DNA of 43,329 nucleotides from a virus (IMGVR_UViG_3300037307_000335:1-43329); one strand, 5' to 3'. Positions 1 through 10,404 are shown, counted from the first letter of the stretch. Notes: generated from the sequence alone by a model not told the origin. A program made the numbers and translations.

Positions 1-2
1 TA

Positions 3-2807
3 TGTAAAAAATACATTATATATTTTTTAGAAAAATATTGCTACTTCATAGACGCTGAGAAGAAAAAAATATCAGGTCTAAAACTTTTCAAATTCCAGAA
101 AGAAATAATAATACCTTCATTTTTAAATAACAGATTTGTAATAACTAGAAAATGTTTAACAGAAAATAGTTATGTAGAAACAGACAGGGGATATATATCT
201 ATAAAAGATGTAAAAATCGGCGATAAAATAAAAACAATTGATAAAGAAAGTAATTTTGTTTGGGATGAAATTACAAACTGTTGGAAAAATGAAGACTATA
301 AACCTATAGTAGAAATATTTTTAAACAATGGATCAAAATTAGAATGCACATTAGATCATAAAATAATGACTAACAGTGGTTGGAAAGAAGCCAAAGACTT
401 ATCCTTAGAAGACGAACTAATAACTAATTTTGATAAAGATTATTTTGGTAATTTTGAATTAGACAACGATGAACAAGCAATACTTATAGGTTATATTCTA
501 ACAGATGGTAGGAACGGCAATCAATTTATAAATACTAATGAAAATTACATAAACGAAGCATTAGAATGTGGAAAGAAATTTAAAGATATATCTCCACACA
601 TAACAAAAAAGAATAAAATTGAGAAATCTACAAAACAATCATACCAAGTGAATTTTACAACTGGAATAATTGGCACAAACAAATCAAATTCATTTTTAGA
701 TTTTTCAAGAAGATTTAATTTAGATAAAAAATCTTGGAATAAAGAACTCAACAATGATTTAATGAATTTAAATAGAAGGCAAATGTCTATTATGTTGAAT
801 AGGCTTTATGCTGGAGATGGTTGGGCAACTATAGGATGGAGGGAGAATCCCTATGGAAAACTTTATGCAAAGTTTTCCATAGGCTTTGTCTCTGTAAACA
901 AAACAATGATATATCAGTTGCAAGAAATATTAAGAAAATATGGGATTCGTTCTTATGTTAAAGTAAGAAAAGCTGGACGTAGAAAATCTACTATGAACAG
1001 TTATATCTTATATGTTTCAGATTTAGACTCAGCTATTAAATTTGCAAAAGAAATCGGAATCAAAGATAAAATAAATGACTCTTATATAGACTTCTTAGAA
1101 AAAAACAAAAAATACTCAAAAAAGCAATCGGTAAATAAAATACAGAAAATAAGAAAATTTGATAATGCTATTACTTATGATATAACTACAAAAAATACTA
1201 ATACATTTTTAGCAAATGGAGTTAAGGTACATAACTGTAGACAGACTGGCTTGAGTGTTCTATCAGGTTTGTATGCTTTATGGGTGGTCAATTTCAATGT
1301 GGCTCAAGAAGTTGTAATTATAAGCAAAGTCAGAAAAGATGCTCAAGACTTCAAAGCAAAAGCGATGGTAACTTACGAGAGATTACCAACTTTTTTGAAA
1401 ACAAGAGCAACAAGAGATGGACAAAATTTAACAACTCTTAGATTAACAAACGAATCTAGAATAATAGTAAAAGCTCAAGCAGAAGATGCTGGAAGAGGTA
1501 TTACTGCCAGGTTATTAATATTAGACGAAGCAGCGTTTATGCCTTATGCAGAAGAAATATGGGCATCCGCATATCCTTCATTAACAGTTTCAAAAGGACA
1601 ATGTTTAGTAATAAGCACATCTAACGGCGTAGGCAATTGGTACCATCAGACTTGGGTATCTGCAGAAAATGGAGAAAATGATTTTACTCCAATATACATA
1701 CCGTGGTGGTTATTTCCTGGAAGAGATAACCCATGGTTAGACAGAATAGAAAATAAAGATATAAGATTTTTAGAAAATGGAATAGAAGAATCTAAACTTC
1801 AAGAATTGAAGTCTGTATATACTTCTAATAATGATAATTACTTTAAAGTACTTGTTGAAGAGTTTGTAAAGAAGAGAGAAAGCGAACAGTTAAATTATGA
1901 CGGGCCAAAAGAAAATAAGCCTTGGATAAAACAACAATTAGATCAATTAAAAATAAGAAAATTTAACCAAGAAATTTTATCTAGATTTTTGGGATCTGGA
2001 GCAACAGTAATAGACTTCAAGACTCTAGAAAAAATTGAAAAAGAACTAATTAGAATACCAATATATAGTGATTCATTGTACGGCAAAGAAGATTTTGTAA
2101 AGAATCTTGATATCATAGAAACACCAAAAGAAACTACTTATACATTAGTATCAGATGTTAGTTCTGGATCTGGTTCTGATTATAGTACTATTATAGTTTT
2201 CAGAGATGATACTTTAGAACAAGTTGCAGAGTACAAAGCACAAATAGATTCAATAAATTTTGCAAAAATAATAAAGAATGTTGCTAAATTTTATAACAAT
2301 GCTTATGTAATAATTGAGACGAATCAAGGACTATCTGTATTCAATAATGTATTTCTTGACGAGAAGGAACCTTATGAAAATTGTTTCTACGAATATAAAA
2401 ACAAAGCCTATAGAGGTTTTCATACTGGGCCAATAGAAAAAAGATTGATGATAGATGAATTTGTAAATTGCATAGAAAGTGGAGTTGTAAAAGTTACTGG
2501 GAAAAGAACATTAGAGGAACTGAAAGTTTTTTCGTGGCACAATGATAAACCAGAAGCATCAAAAGGATATAATGATGACTTAGTTATATGCCTAATGATA
2601 ATTTCATATATGTTAAAGTATAGCGAAAAGGGGAAAGAATCCGGTCTTGGTTTTGCAACAGCTAAAGGGACAGTAAATTTATCAGAAAAAAGAACTAAAG
2701 AAGAAATTGATATAGAAAAGAGATACATTAATGAGTCAAATGTCAAAGATAAGATCATGGACGATTATGGAATCGACGTAGAAACTTATGAATGGTTGAC
2801 AAAATAA
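3..2807 (+). CDS. terL: Terminase large subunit (T4 gp17-like), intein-containing, 5' truncated
   Basis: Frame is open from base 3, upstream of the ORF-track Met at 366. Spliced Walker A region VITRK|CRQTGLS, Walker B LLILDEAAF, motif III ISTSNG, nuclease motifs SDVSSGSGSDYS and YNDDLVI. Lies upstream of portal. Confidence 0.95.
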   Translation, partial: CKKYIIYFLEKYCYFIDAEKKKISGLKLFKFQKEIIIPSFLNNRFVITRKCLTENSYVETDRGYISIKDVKIGDKIKTIDKESNFVWDEITNCWKNEDYKPIVEIFLNNGSKLECTLDHKIMTNSGWKEAKDLSLEDELITNFDKDYFGNFELDNDEQAILIGYILTDGRNGNQFINTNENYINEALECGKKFKDISPHITKKNKIEKSTKQSYQVNFTTGIIGTNKSNSFLDFSRRFNLDKKSWNKELNNDLMNLNRRQMSIMLNRLYAGDGWATIGWRENPYGKLYAKFSIGFVSVNKTMIYQLQEILRKYGIRSYVKVRKAGRRKSTMNSYILYVSDLDSAIKFAKEIGIKDKINDSYIDFLEKNKKYSKKQSVNKIQKIRKFDNAITYDITTKNTNTFLANGVKVHNCRQTGLSVLSGLYALWVVNFNVAQEVVIISKVRKDAQDFKAKAMVTYERLPTFLKTRATRDGQNLTTLRLTNESRIIVKAQAEDAGRGITARLLILDEAAFMPYAEEIWASAYPSLTVSKGQCLVISTSNGVGNWYHQTWVSAENGENDFTPIYIPWWLFPGRDNPWLDRIENKDIRFLENGIEESKLQELKSVYTSNNDNYFKVLVEEFVKKRESEQLNYDGPKENKPWIKQQLDQLKIRKFNQEILSRFLGSGATVIDFKTLEKIEKELIRIPIYSDSLYGKEDFVKNLDIIETPKETTYTLVSDVSSGSGSDYSTIIVFRDDTLEQVAEYKAQIDSINFAKIIKNVAKFYNNAYVIIETNQGLSVFNNVFLDEKEPYENCFYEYKNKAYRGFHTGPIEKRLMIDEFVNCIESGVVKVTGKRTLEELKVFSWHNDKPEASKGYNDDLVICLMIISYMLKYSEKGKESGLGFATAKGTVNLSEKRTKEEIDIEKRYINESNVKDKIMDDYGIDVETYEWLTK
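153..1235 (+). mobile_element. Intein with LAGLIDADG homing endonuclease (361 aa) in terminase Walker A region
   Basis: Starts CLTENSYVETDRG, ends TYDITTKNTNTFLANGVKVHN, followed by +1 Cys. LAGLIDADG-like blocks ILIGYILTDG and LNRLYAGDG. Confidence 0.93.
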
Positions 2808-2851
2808 TCTAAAGATAATTATATCTTATAGAAAACAATAGGAGCAGAAAT

Positions 2852-3154
2852 ATGAATTTACATGAATTCTTTAAAGAACTAAATTACACTCTCAATGAAG
2901 AAACGATGGAGTATTTAAATAATCTTGACGAAGTTAAATTAAAACTTTTGATTAAGAGAGTGTACGAGAACAATGAATTTGTTCAGAAAGAACTAAACAG
3001 ACAAGTGAAGCTTACCAAATATAAAAGCTTACAAGAAGTAGTTCAAGACTTAAACAAGGAACAAACAGTTGAGTTTGTTTTGTGGATGAGCGATAGTGTT
3101 TTTGGAACTAAATCTCTTATAGAAGAAGAGCTTGAAAAAATCTTAGTAAAATAG
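2852..3154 (+). CDS. Hypothetical protein, putative internal head protein
   Basis: SD AGGAG; N-terminus MNLHEFFKELNYTLNE resembles two neighbours. Confidence 0.6.
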   Translation: MNLHEFFKELNYTLNEETMEYLNNLDEVKLKLLIKRVYENNEFVQKELNRQVKLTKYKSLQEVVQDLNKEQTVEFVLWMSDSVFGTKSLIEEELEKILVK

Positions 3155-3162
3155 GAGATATT

Positions 3163-3507
3163 ATGGCTTTAGAAATAGTAAAAGATGTAGGATTCGGAGT
3201 AGAGATACAAGACATATACTGTAGAGTTATATGTCCAAGAATAAACTATTCTGCAAGTTCTACAAAAGTACAATTCCAAATTTGGTATTATTATAATCAA
3301 GCATCCAGAACATATGAGACTAACACATTTGGAACAGACGAGTTAGACTATCCAAAAATTTCTCTTTTAAACAGAGAGTCTAAAGAAGTAGATATATCTA
3401 ATTTGACTATTTCATCATATACGGTCGATGGCATAAAAACAGCAATCTACACTTATTTGAAAACATTACCAGAGTGGGCAAATGCCGAAGACATATTAGA
3501 GAGTTAA
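3163..3507 (+). CDS. Hypothetical phage protein
   Basis: SD AGGAG; C-terminal YTYLKTLPEWANAEDI resembles a common small virion/fibre-associated phage family (from recall, unverified). Confidence 0.6.
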   Translation: MALEIVKDVGFGVEIQDIYCRVICPRINYSASSTKVQFQIWYYYNQASRTYETNTFGTDELDYPKISLLNRESKEVDISNLTISSYTVDGIKTAIYTYLKTLPEWANAEDILES

Positions 3508-3509
3508 TT

Positions 3510-4001
3510 ATGGACTTAAATGAAATAATATTAAAGCTAGACAATGAATTAAATTCTATTATAATAGAAGATATCATACTCGAAATGGCTGTTGCTAATT
3601 TCACAGATAGAGCTGGTCAATTGACAAGCATAAGAAACGACGCAGAGGCAAGAGAAAGTGGCTGGGATAGATTAGGTAGAGCAGTTTATACAAAGGATGG
3701 CGATATCAAAATAGGTCCAATGAGTACTGATCACGTTCAGTTGTTAAAAAGCTTAGGAAGTCCTGATGGTTTAAGATTTTTCTGGGGAATTAAAGGTGCA
3801 ACGTTTTTATTTACTGGAAAAAATGACGACGATCTAGAAAGCTTATATAGAATGGATAGAATGAAACAAGCCAATGGAAACATAGTTTATAATGTGATCA
3901 GTACGATAATGCAAAAAATTGGGGCACAGCAAACTCAAGAATTCAAAAAGAAAATTGCTAAATCTCTAGAAGATGCTGGTGTATATAGACCTAAAAAATA
4001 A
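3510..4001 (+). CDS. Hypothetical protein, putative internal head protein
   Basis: Start reassigned to ATG 3510 (MDLNEIILKLDNELNSIIIEDIILE), just after the upstream stop. Confidence 0.6.
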   Translation: MDLNEIILKLDNELNSIIIEDIILEMAVANFTDRAGQLTSIRNDAEARESGWDRLGRAVYTKDGDIKIGPMSTDHVQLLKSLGSPDGLRFFWGIKGATFLFTGKNDDDLESLYRMDRMKQANGNIVYNVISTIMQKIGAQQTQEFKKKIAKSLEDAGVYRPKK

Positions 4002-4013
4002 TAGTGGAATTAT

Positions 4014-4469
4014 ATGAAATTGAATGAATTTTTAAACACGTTAAATAACGAATTAAGTCTTAATGAAGGATTAAATCTACCTTCTAATCCAGAATGGGTA
4101 AAAGATTATGAAAAAATATTAGATTCAGCTATTAAAATTTACAAACCTAGAATTAAAAGATTAGCACACAAGGCAATAGAAGATGCTAATGGTGGCCCCA
4201 TGTTCGGGGATAATGATAAACTAGGAGTATCAATGGCTGGAGATGATGTAGATTATATAATGTATGATTTTGATGGGGAAGATGAAAATGAAGATGAAGA
4301 CGAAAGCGAAAACAAATATGGTTTACCTGATAACATAAGAAAAATTTTCGGACAGAAAATTACTAAAGAATTTTATAATTACATTAAAAATAAAACAATT
4401 AATCAAATGAAAATAATCAAATCTTTTTATGATGATATATTAGAAGATTATGATGACGACGATGAATGA
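4014..4469 (+). CDS. Acidic hypothetical protein, putative internal head protein
   Basis: N-terminus MKLNEFLNTLNNELSLNE; acidic tracts. Confidence 0.6.
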   Translation: MKLNEFLNTLNNELSLNEGLNLPSNPEWVKDYEKILDSAIKIYKPRIKRLAHKAIEDANGGPMFGDNDKLGVSMAGDDVDYIMYDFDGEDENEDEDESENKYGLPDNIRKIFGQKITKEFYNYIKNKTINQMKIIKSFYDDILEDYDDDDE

Positions 4470-4525
4470 AAATACAGATATACACAAACAAACTGATAAT
4501 ATATAATTTTGAATAAGGGGATAAT

Positions 4526-5044
4526 ATGAATAGTAAGAAGAAAGGTAACAGAGGAGAATTAGAGTTAGTCCATATCCTCGAAAAAAGATTTGGAGAAGGG
4601 AAGTTTAAAAGAACTCCAAGCTCAGGTGCTTATACAGGTGGCAAAAATAGAGATGGAGCTCAAAACTTACCATGGGAAGCTAAAATAACATTAGTTAGTG
4701 ATTTAATAACACCAGCTAATTTTAGATTTGTTTTAGAGCACAAATTTTATGGCGATGTTAGTTTCTGGGATTTATTTTTAGATAAATCTAAATGGAATGA
4801 GTGGGTCGAACAAGTAGAAGGGGATGCTGGATTTGTAAACAAAGAACCTTTACTTGTTATCAAATACAACAGACATAATAGGATAGCTTTAATAAGACCG
4901 AAATTGATTTTGAATAATAGATCAGTAAGAGAATTTTTTAGATGGTATCCAACTCCTAAGAATATTGACCAGCAATCTCAATGGAGTGTAATATACTTTG
5001 AAGATTTAATAAAATTACCAGATGAATTCTGGTTTGAATCTTGA
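4526..5044 (+). CDS. Holliday junction resolvase-like PD-(D/E)xK nuclease
   Basis: NSKKKGNRGELEL start, RTPSSGA, catalytic-type SDL...LEHK, and PLLVIKYNR motif. Confidence 0.75.
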   Translation: MNSKKKGNRGELELVHILEKRFGEGKFKRTPSSGAYTGGKNRDGAQNLPWEAKITLVSDLITPANFRFVLEHKFYGDVSFWDLFLDKSKWNEWVEQVEGDAGFVNKEPLLVIKYNRHNRIALIRPKLILNNRSVREFFRWYPTPKNIDQQSQWSVIYFEDLIKLPDEFWFES

Positions 5045-5146
5045 TGCATATCTTTACATTTCCCCAAAAAATCTCAAGCTAAAAAAGATAATTTACTATC
5101 ATTTTTTCGTCGACGCTCAAAGATAAATTAGGATAGAGGATAATTA

Positions 5147-7027
5147 ATGAGAAGAAATAGAGAAGTAGAAAAAAGAGCAGAAGGAATACAAAGTTTTTTC
5201 AACAAAATTAATATAACTAAGATAACTGATCTTGCTTCTCATGTAATGACCTATAATAAAGATTACGAGAAAGATCTTTATCAAGCCTTTGGTGCCTATA
5301 GAACTTCTTTCGATTCATATACTGTTTTAGATCAACAAAGAATTATGCGATACAGAGAATACGAACAGATGTGTTATGTTCCTGAGCTTAATGGTGGTCT
5401 AGAAATATACGCAGACGATGCAACACTATACAATACAGACGATAGAGTAATTTCAGTAGAAGCAGACAACAATGATTTACAAGAAGCCATAGAAAATCTA
5501 TTTTTTAAATCATTAGATATGAATTATACACTATGGCATATTGTTTTTAACACATGCAAATATGGTGATTCATTTTATGAAATAATACCCGACAATTACA
5601 AAAATCCAAAAAGAATAAAATATATAAAATTTATACCACCAAGATTCGTTTACAGAATAGAAAAAGATGATAACTTAATAGAATTTATTGCTAGAATACC
5701 TCCATCAAGAATGGATAGTCCTACACAAATGCAACAAGATGCTGAAGAGATACATCTTAAACCCTGGCAAATAGTACACTTCAAATTAGACGATAAAGAA
5801 TTTGAACCTTACGGGAAATCAGTATTAGAAACTGGTAGATTAGCTTTCAAACAAATGAAACTAATTGAAGATGCTATGTTAATATATAGAATATCAAGAG
5901 CACCTGAAAGAAGAGTGTTTGGAATACCGGTAGGGACACTTCAATATAGGGAAGCTATGGCAAGAGTTGAAGACGTCAAACAAAGATATAGAAAAACGCC
6001 ATGGATAGATCCAGTAAGTGGGGAAATAAATTATAAAGCAAATCCATTATCCATAAATGATGATTATTTTGTCCCAAAAAGACCAGATGGAACAGGTATC
6101 ACAATAGACACTTTACCAGGTGGACAACAATTAGGCGAAATAGACGATGCAAGATTCTTTAAAGAAAAGATTTTGAGAACTATGAGAATCCCAAGTGCTT
6201 ATCTAACTGGGGAAATGACTGGTGATGTTGCAAAAACATCATTATCATCTATGGATGTTAGATTTGCTAAATCAATAGAAAGAATACAAAAAATGGTAGT
6301 CAAAGGCTTAGAAAAATTAGCCATAATAGAATTATCATTTAAAAGATTTTCTATTGAAGATATGTACAATTTTCAAATAAGACTGACAAAACCATCTAAG
6401 ATTTATGAGATGCAAGAGTTAGAAACTTTTAATTCTACTTTACAATCAATACAAACAGCACTTTCTCTTGCAGATCCTAATGGTAAATTGTATTTACCAA
6501 AAGAATGGTTATATAAGAATATAAATAGATTCAATGATGAACAGATATCAACAATAAGAATGATGCAACAATCAGAATTGATGCAACAATCGGACGACAA
6601 AAAGGCAATGGAAGCTTCAGAAGCTCAACCAACAGAAGCCGGTGGTGGTTTACCAACTGGAGTATCAGGTGGAGCTGAAATGCCGGGGGCTGAAGGAGGA
6701 GCAACTCCTGGTCCAGAAACTGGAACTGAAGCAGGTGGAGCTGCACCACCTGAAGGTGAACTTGGAACAGAAACAACAGGTGGTGGTGAAGCTGGAATGG
6801 AAGTTGCAAGTAAAATAATTCAAGTAGCTGGAAAAGAATTTTTAATTGAGAACGAAACAGACATTAAAGAATTGATAAATTTTGTGAAAAGGTCGAAAGA
6901 AATCAAAGAAACAAAGAAAGATAAACTTAAGCCCAAATTGTATGAAAACAACTTTAACAACTTATTTATTAGAGGCGAACTCAAAGGGATTATAAGAAGA
7001 AACAAAGCAGAATTCCTAAAAGATTAA
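5147..7027 (+). CDS. gp20: Portal protein (T4 gp20-like)
   Basis: LIEDAMLIYRISRAPERRVF, DDYFVPKR, IDTLPGGQQLGEIDD motifs; Gly/Glu/Ala/Pro-rich C-terminal tail. Confidence 0.95.
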   Translation: MRRNREVEKRAEGIQSFFNKINITKITDLASHVMTYNKDYEKDLYQAFGAYRTSFDSYTVLDQQRIMRYREYEQMCYVPELNGGLEIYADDATLYNTDDRVISVEADNNDLQEAIENLFFKSLDMNYTLWHIVFNTCKYGDSFYEIIPDNYKNPKRIKYIKFIPPRFVYRIEKDDNLIEFIARIPPSRMDSPTQMQQDAEEIHLKPWQIVHFKLDDKEFEPYGKSVLETGRLAFKQMKLIEDAMLIYRISRAPERRVFGIPVGTLQYREAMARVEDVKQRYRKTPWIDPVSGEINYKANPLSINDDYFVPKRPDGTGITIDTLPGGQQLGEIDDARFFKEKILRTMRIPSAYLTGEMTGDVAKTSLSSMDVRFAKSIERIQKMVVKGLEKLAIIELSFKRFSIEDMYNFQIRLTKPSKIYEMQELETFNSTLQSIQTALSLADPNGKLYLPKEWLYKNINRFNDEQISTIRMMQQSELMQQSDDKKAMEASEAQPTEAGGGLPTGVSGGAEMPGAEGGATPGPETGTEAGGAAPPEGELGTETTGGGEAGMEVASKIIQVAGKEFLIENETDIKELINFVKRSKEIKETKKDKLKPKLYENNFNNLFIRGELKGIIRRNKAEFLKD

Positions 7028-7043
7028 ATTAGGAGGACAACCT

Positions 7044-8330
7044 ATGGAATTAAAATATAGCCAGATTTCACAGCTTAGTAATTTTAGCAATGATAAGATG
7101 GTTGGTTTATTGAAAGAGAAGATTGCTGAATCTGAAAATGCTTCGCTAGCGTTAGTCTTCGATGATAAAATGGTAATTCTTGACGAAGAGAAAGACCAAT
7201 TTTACATGGTTGACTATAACATCAAAGATAGAGCTCTGAATCTTACTAACTGGGAAAAGATTAATCTAATTCCAGATAACAACACAAGATTAGAGAGTTT
7301 ATCTAATGATTATTTCAATCCATTAAATGAGAAAGAAATTACAATCAATGATTTGGTGGGAGCATTCAAGCTTAAATATTCTTCAGAGCCAATGAAACAA
7401 CTAGTTAATGAATCATCTAGAATAAAGAAAGGCATTGTGGAATCAAATGCTAAAATCAAAGCTATCAAAGAGTTGAGAAAAATTAGGAGCTACTTTAAAG
7501 ATGATATCTCTGAAATATTAGAAGATTTAAAAATTAAATCTTTGAAAGAAGAGATCACAAGAAGAAGCCCAACTCAATCTATGATAAGTAGAATTGACTT
7601 TACAAATTCTATTTCTGTTGGTTTATTTGAAGAAAAATGTGATAAACCTATCACAACAAAGGCCAAAGAAAAGAATCAGACTAGATCGGATAACATTAAG
7701 AAGAAAGTAAAAAATTTGTGGACTTCCGAATCTTTCAAGAATGAATTTGATAAACTTATTAAAGCATCAAACGATGCAGAGAATAAGAAACAAGTTTTTG
7801 AAAAATTCCTAGAACAACACAAAGAATTACTTATTCTCACAGAGCAAGAATTTGAAGATCTTATTTTAAAGACTGCTCTTATGTCATCTAACGCAAAAGA
7901 TTCTGAGGATATAGTAGAAAATTTTGTAGCTGTTTACAAATTAGATAAATTCCAAGAAGCTAAAAATGAATTTATTGAAAGAAATAAACTAGTTAACGAA
8001 GCTAAAGATCCAGATGAAGATGAAGATGACGACGAAGACGAAGACGAAGACGAAGAAAACGACAAAAAAGATAAAAAGACAAAGAAAGAGAAATCGGATG
8101 AAACTTCTATTGATGAGGACACTATAAATAAATTTATTAAAGTGTTCGATAAGATAAAAGATCAACTAAAAGAAAAGACTCTTGAGCACAAGTATGTTTC
8201 TAGACTAATAGAAAGCTTAGAGGATGCTAAAGTTGGTTCTATATCGGAGGGGAAGTTAAAAGAAATTATAGATTTCTTAGATTCAGTATATTTAAAGGCA
8301 AAGGAAGATTCTGATGAGGAGGTGGCTTAA
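7044..8330 (+). CDS. Putative prohead core protein
   Basis: Between portal and protease; helical, charged, acidic run; several L/V-x-E sites; SD AGGAGG. Confidence 0.55.
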   Translation: MELKYSQISQLSNFSNDKMVGLLKEKIAESENASLALVFDDKMVILDEEKDQFYMVDYNIKDRALNLTNWEKINLIPDNNTRLESLSNDYFNPLNEKEITINDLVGAFKLKYSSEPMKQLVNESSRIKKGIVESNAKIKAIKELRKIRSYFKDDISEILEDLKIKSLKEEITRRSPTQSMISRIDFTNSISVGLFEEKCDKPITTKAKEKNQTRSDNIKKKVKNLWTSESFKNEFDKLIKASNDAENKKQVFEKFLEQHKELLILTEQEFEDLILKTALMSSNAKDSEDIVENFVAVYKLDKFQEAKNEFIERNKLVNEAKDPDEDEDDDEDEDEDEENDKKDKKTKKEKSDETSIDEDTINKFIKVFDKIKDQLKEKTLEHKYVSRLIESLEDAKVGSISEGKLKEIIDFLDSVYLKAKEDSDEEVA

Positions 8331-8770
8331 TGAACACAAAAAAAGCTTTCTCCGAATTAATGGAAGAGATGCTAGAATTAGCTGGAGTTCCATTAAATGA
8401 AAAAGAGGAATCAAAAGACAAAGAAGATCTTAAACCAGAAAAACCAGAAGATGTAGAAGCTGAAGAAGCTGATGAAAAAGATTCTGGTAAAGATGAACCT
8501 GCTGAAGACTCTGAAGAGGATACTGAAGAAGTAGATGATGGCGAAGAAATAAGCGATCAGTGGACTAAGAAAATAGGTGGACACGAACTTCAAGTAATTT
8601 GGAGAAACAAAGACAAGGTAGCTAGAATAAAATATAGAGGAAATCCATTTACGGAGCTTAAAGTACCAGCAAAATTAGTTGAAAGCCCAATTTATAGAAA
8701 ACCATTTAAGACTTTCTTATTGAAAGTTTTCGATTATATGGCTGGTGAAAAAGTAGCTTCCGAGGAGTAA
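8330..8770 (+). CDS. Putative prohead core protein
   Basis: Coupled TAATG start; contains EMLELAGV, also present in the scaffold. Confidence 0.55.
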   Translation: MNTKKAFSELMEEMLELAGVPLNEKEESKDKEDLKPEKPEDVEAEEADEKDSGKDEPAEDSEEDTEEVDDGEEISDQWTKKIGGHELQVIWRNKDKVARIKYRGNPFTELKVPAKLVESPIYRKPFKTFLLKVFDYMAGEKVASEE

Positions 8771-8773
8771 TCT

Positions 8774-9385
8774 ATGAGTGAACCATTATTAGAATCATTA
8801 GAAATCTTTAAATACAATATTGTAAATGAAGATGCGGGTAATGGTCGCAAGAAAACTTTACTTCGAGGTTTATTTCAGCAAGCTGATATCAAAAATGGGA
8901 ATGGAAGAGTTTATCCATACGGCATTTTAGAATCAGCTGTAAATACTAATTTAGACAGAATTAGAACTAGACAAATGTTAGGTGAATTAGATCATCCTAA
9001 AGAAGGAAAGATTCATCTAGATAATGTTTCACATTGTGTAACTAAATTAGAGTTGACTAATGAAGGTAGAATGACTGGAGAAGTCGAAGTTTTCGATGGA
9101 CCAGATGAAGAAGGTGGAACACCTAAAGGCAGAATATTAGGTAGTCTAATAAAGAGGAATGTTCAGCTTGGGATTTCTTCCAGAGGCTTTGGAACTACTA
9201 AGAATGTTAACGGAGTGAATGAAGTTCAAAACGATTTCAAACTAATAACATTTGATATAGTTTCAGATCCGTCAACACCAAACGCTTATCCAAATGCAGT
9301 TTATGAGGATAGAAATGAATGGTGTGAAGAGAAAAAAACAACAAGAAACATTTCCGATTTAATAAGAGAAAATTTAGAGAATTAA
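8774..9385 (+). CDS. gp21: Prohead core protease (T4 gp21-like)
   Basis: NGNGRVYP, GELDHP, GISSRGFG, FDIVSDPSTPNA motifs. Confidence 0.95.
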   Translation: MSEPLLESLEIFKYNIVNEDAGNGRKKTLLRGLFQQADIKNGNGRVYPYGILESAVNTNLDRIRTRQMLGELDHPKEGKIHLDNVSHCVTKLELTNEGRMTGEVEVFDGPDEEGGTPKGRILGSLIKRNVQLGISSRGFGTTKNVNGVNEVQNDFKLITFDIVSDPSTPNAYPNAVYEDRNEWCEEKKTTRNISDLIRENLEN

Positions 9386-9397
9386 GGAGGAGTCCTA

Positions 9398-10384
9398 ATG
9401 GCTAACATATTATCTCAGATTGAACTTAACGACAGTCAAGTTAAAGCTTTCAACGAAGAAATGGAAGCTTGGAAGAAATCAAAAACAAAAGAAATCGAAG
9501 AGCAAGTTAAGAGCGAATTAGAAACCGAATATCAAGTTAAGAAAAGAGAACTTGATGAAGAGAAGACAGCTGTTAAATCTCATTACGAAAAACTTGTTGA
9601 AGAAATTACAAACAAGATGCAAAAAGTAATGGTAAAAAGATTTACTACTGCTCTTAAAGATATGTACGACGAATTGAAAGTCGAAGCAAGAAAAGATGTT
9701 CTTAACGATCCAAGAGTTATTGCTATCGAAGAGATAAAGAATGTAGTTTATCCTTTGATGGACGAAACAGTAACTAAAGGTTATGTAGATGAACTCACTA
9801 AAGCTTTGAAAGTCGTTGAAGAGAAAGAAGGCGAAGTTGAGAAGCTTAAAGCTAAAATTAAACTGAAAGAGATTGTTTCAACACTTTCTCCAACAGTTGC
9901 TGAAGCAGTTGAAACTTTCGTCGGTGATGCTTCTAGTGAAGAAGAAGTCGTTGAAAAATATTCTAAATTGAAGAATATTGTAAAAGAAAGCTCTAGCAAA
10001 GTTAATGAAGAAGAAGAAGGCGATGCAGATCGCGATTCTGACACAACTGGTGGAGCAGACGATTATACTGATAAGAAGAAAAAGAAAAAAGACGACAAGA
10101 AAAAGAATGAAGCAAAGAAAGATGACGAAGACGACGAAGATGAAGACGAAGAAGAAGTAGAGGATGAAGACGACGAAGATGAAGACGAAGAAGACGACAA
10201 AAAATCCTCGAAGAAGAAAAATAAAAAGAAAGACGACGAAGATGACGAAGAAATTGAAGAAGACTTAGAAATTAACCCTACAGTCAAATTCGGAAAGACT
10301 TCCGAAAAGAAAGATGAAGATGAATACCTGTCAAAGCTAGATGAAATGTTAGAGCTTGCAGGCGTTAAAGAAATCAAAGAATAA
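9398..10384 (+). CDS. Prohead scaffold protein (T4 gp22-like position)
   Basis: Coiled-coil with D/E/K low-complexity tail, between protease and capsid genes. Confidence 0.75.
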   Translation: MANILSQIELNDSQVKAFNEEMEAWKKSKTKEIEEQVKSELETEYQVKKRELDEEKTAVKSHYEKLVEEITNKMQKVMVKRFTTALKDMYDELKVEARKDVLNDPRVIAIEEIKNVVYPLMDETVTKGYVDELTKALKVVEEKEGEVEKLKAKIKLKEIVSTLSPTVAEAVETFVGDASSEEEVVEKYSKLKNIVKESSSKVNEEEEGDADRDSDTTGGADDYTDKKKKKKDDKKKNEAKKDDEDDEDEDEEEVEDEDDEDEDEEDDKKSSKKKNKKKDDEDDEEIEEDLEINPTVKFGKTSEKKDEDEYLSKLDEMLELAGVKEIKE

Positions 10385-10404
10385 TCAATAGGAGGAACAG
10401 AATT

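Noticed and set aside
5041-5146. Possible tRNA or ncRNA in intergenic gaps; CGTCGACGC shared with ~14705
   Set aside because: Gaps are short and AT-rich with no cloverleaf; two copies of a 9-mer are insufficient evidence.
10021-10330. GAAGAC/GATGAA repeats as a CRISPR or tandem array (also ~8010-8060 and 42300-42480)
   Set aside because: They are codons of Asp/Glu/Lys low-complexity protein tracts, with no repeat-spacer structure.
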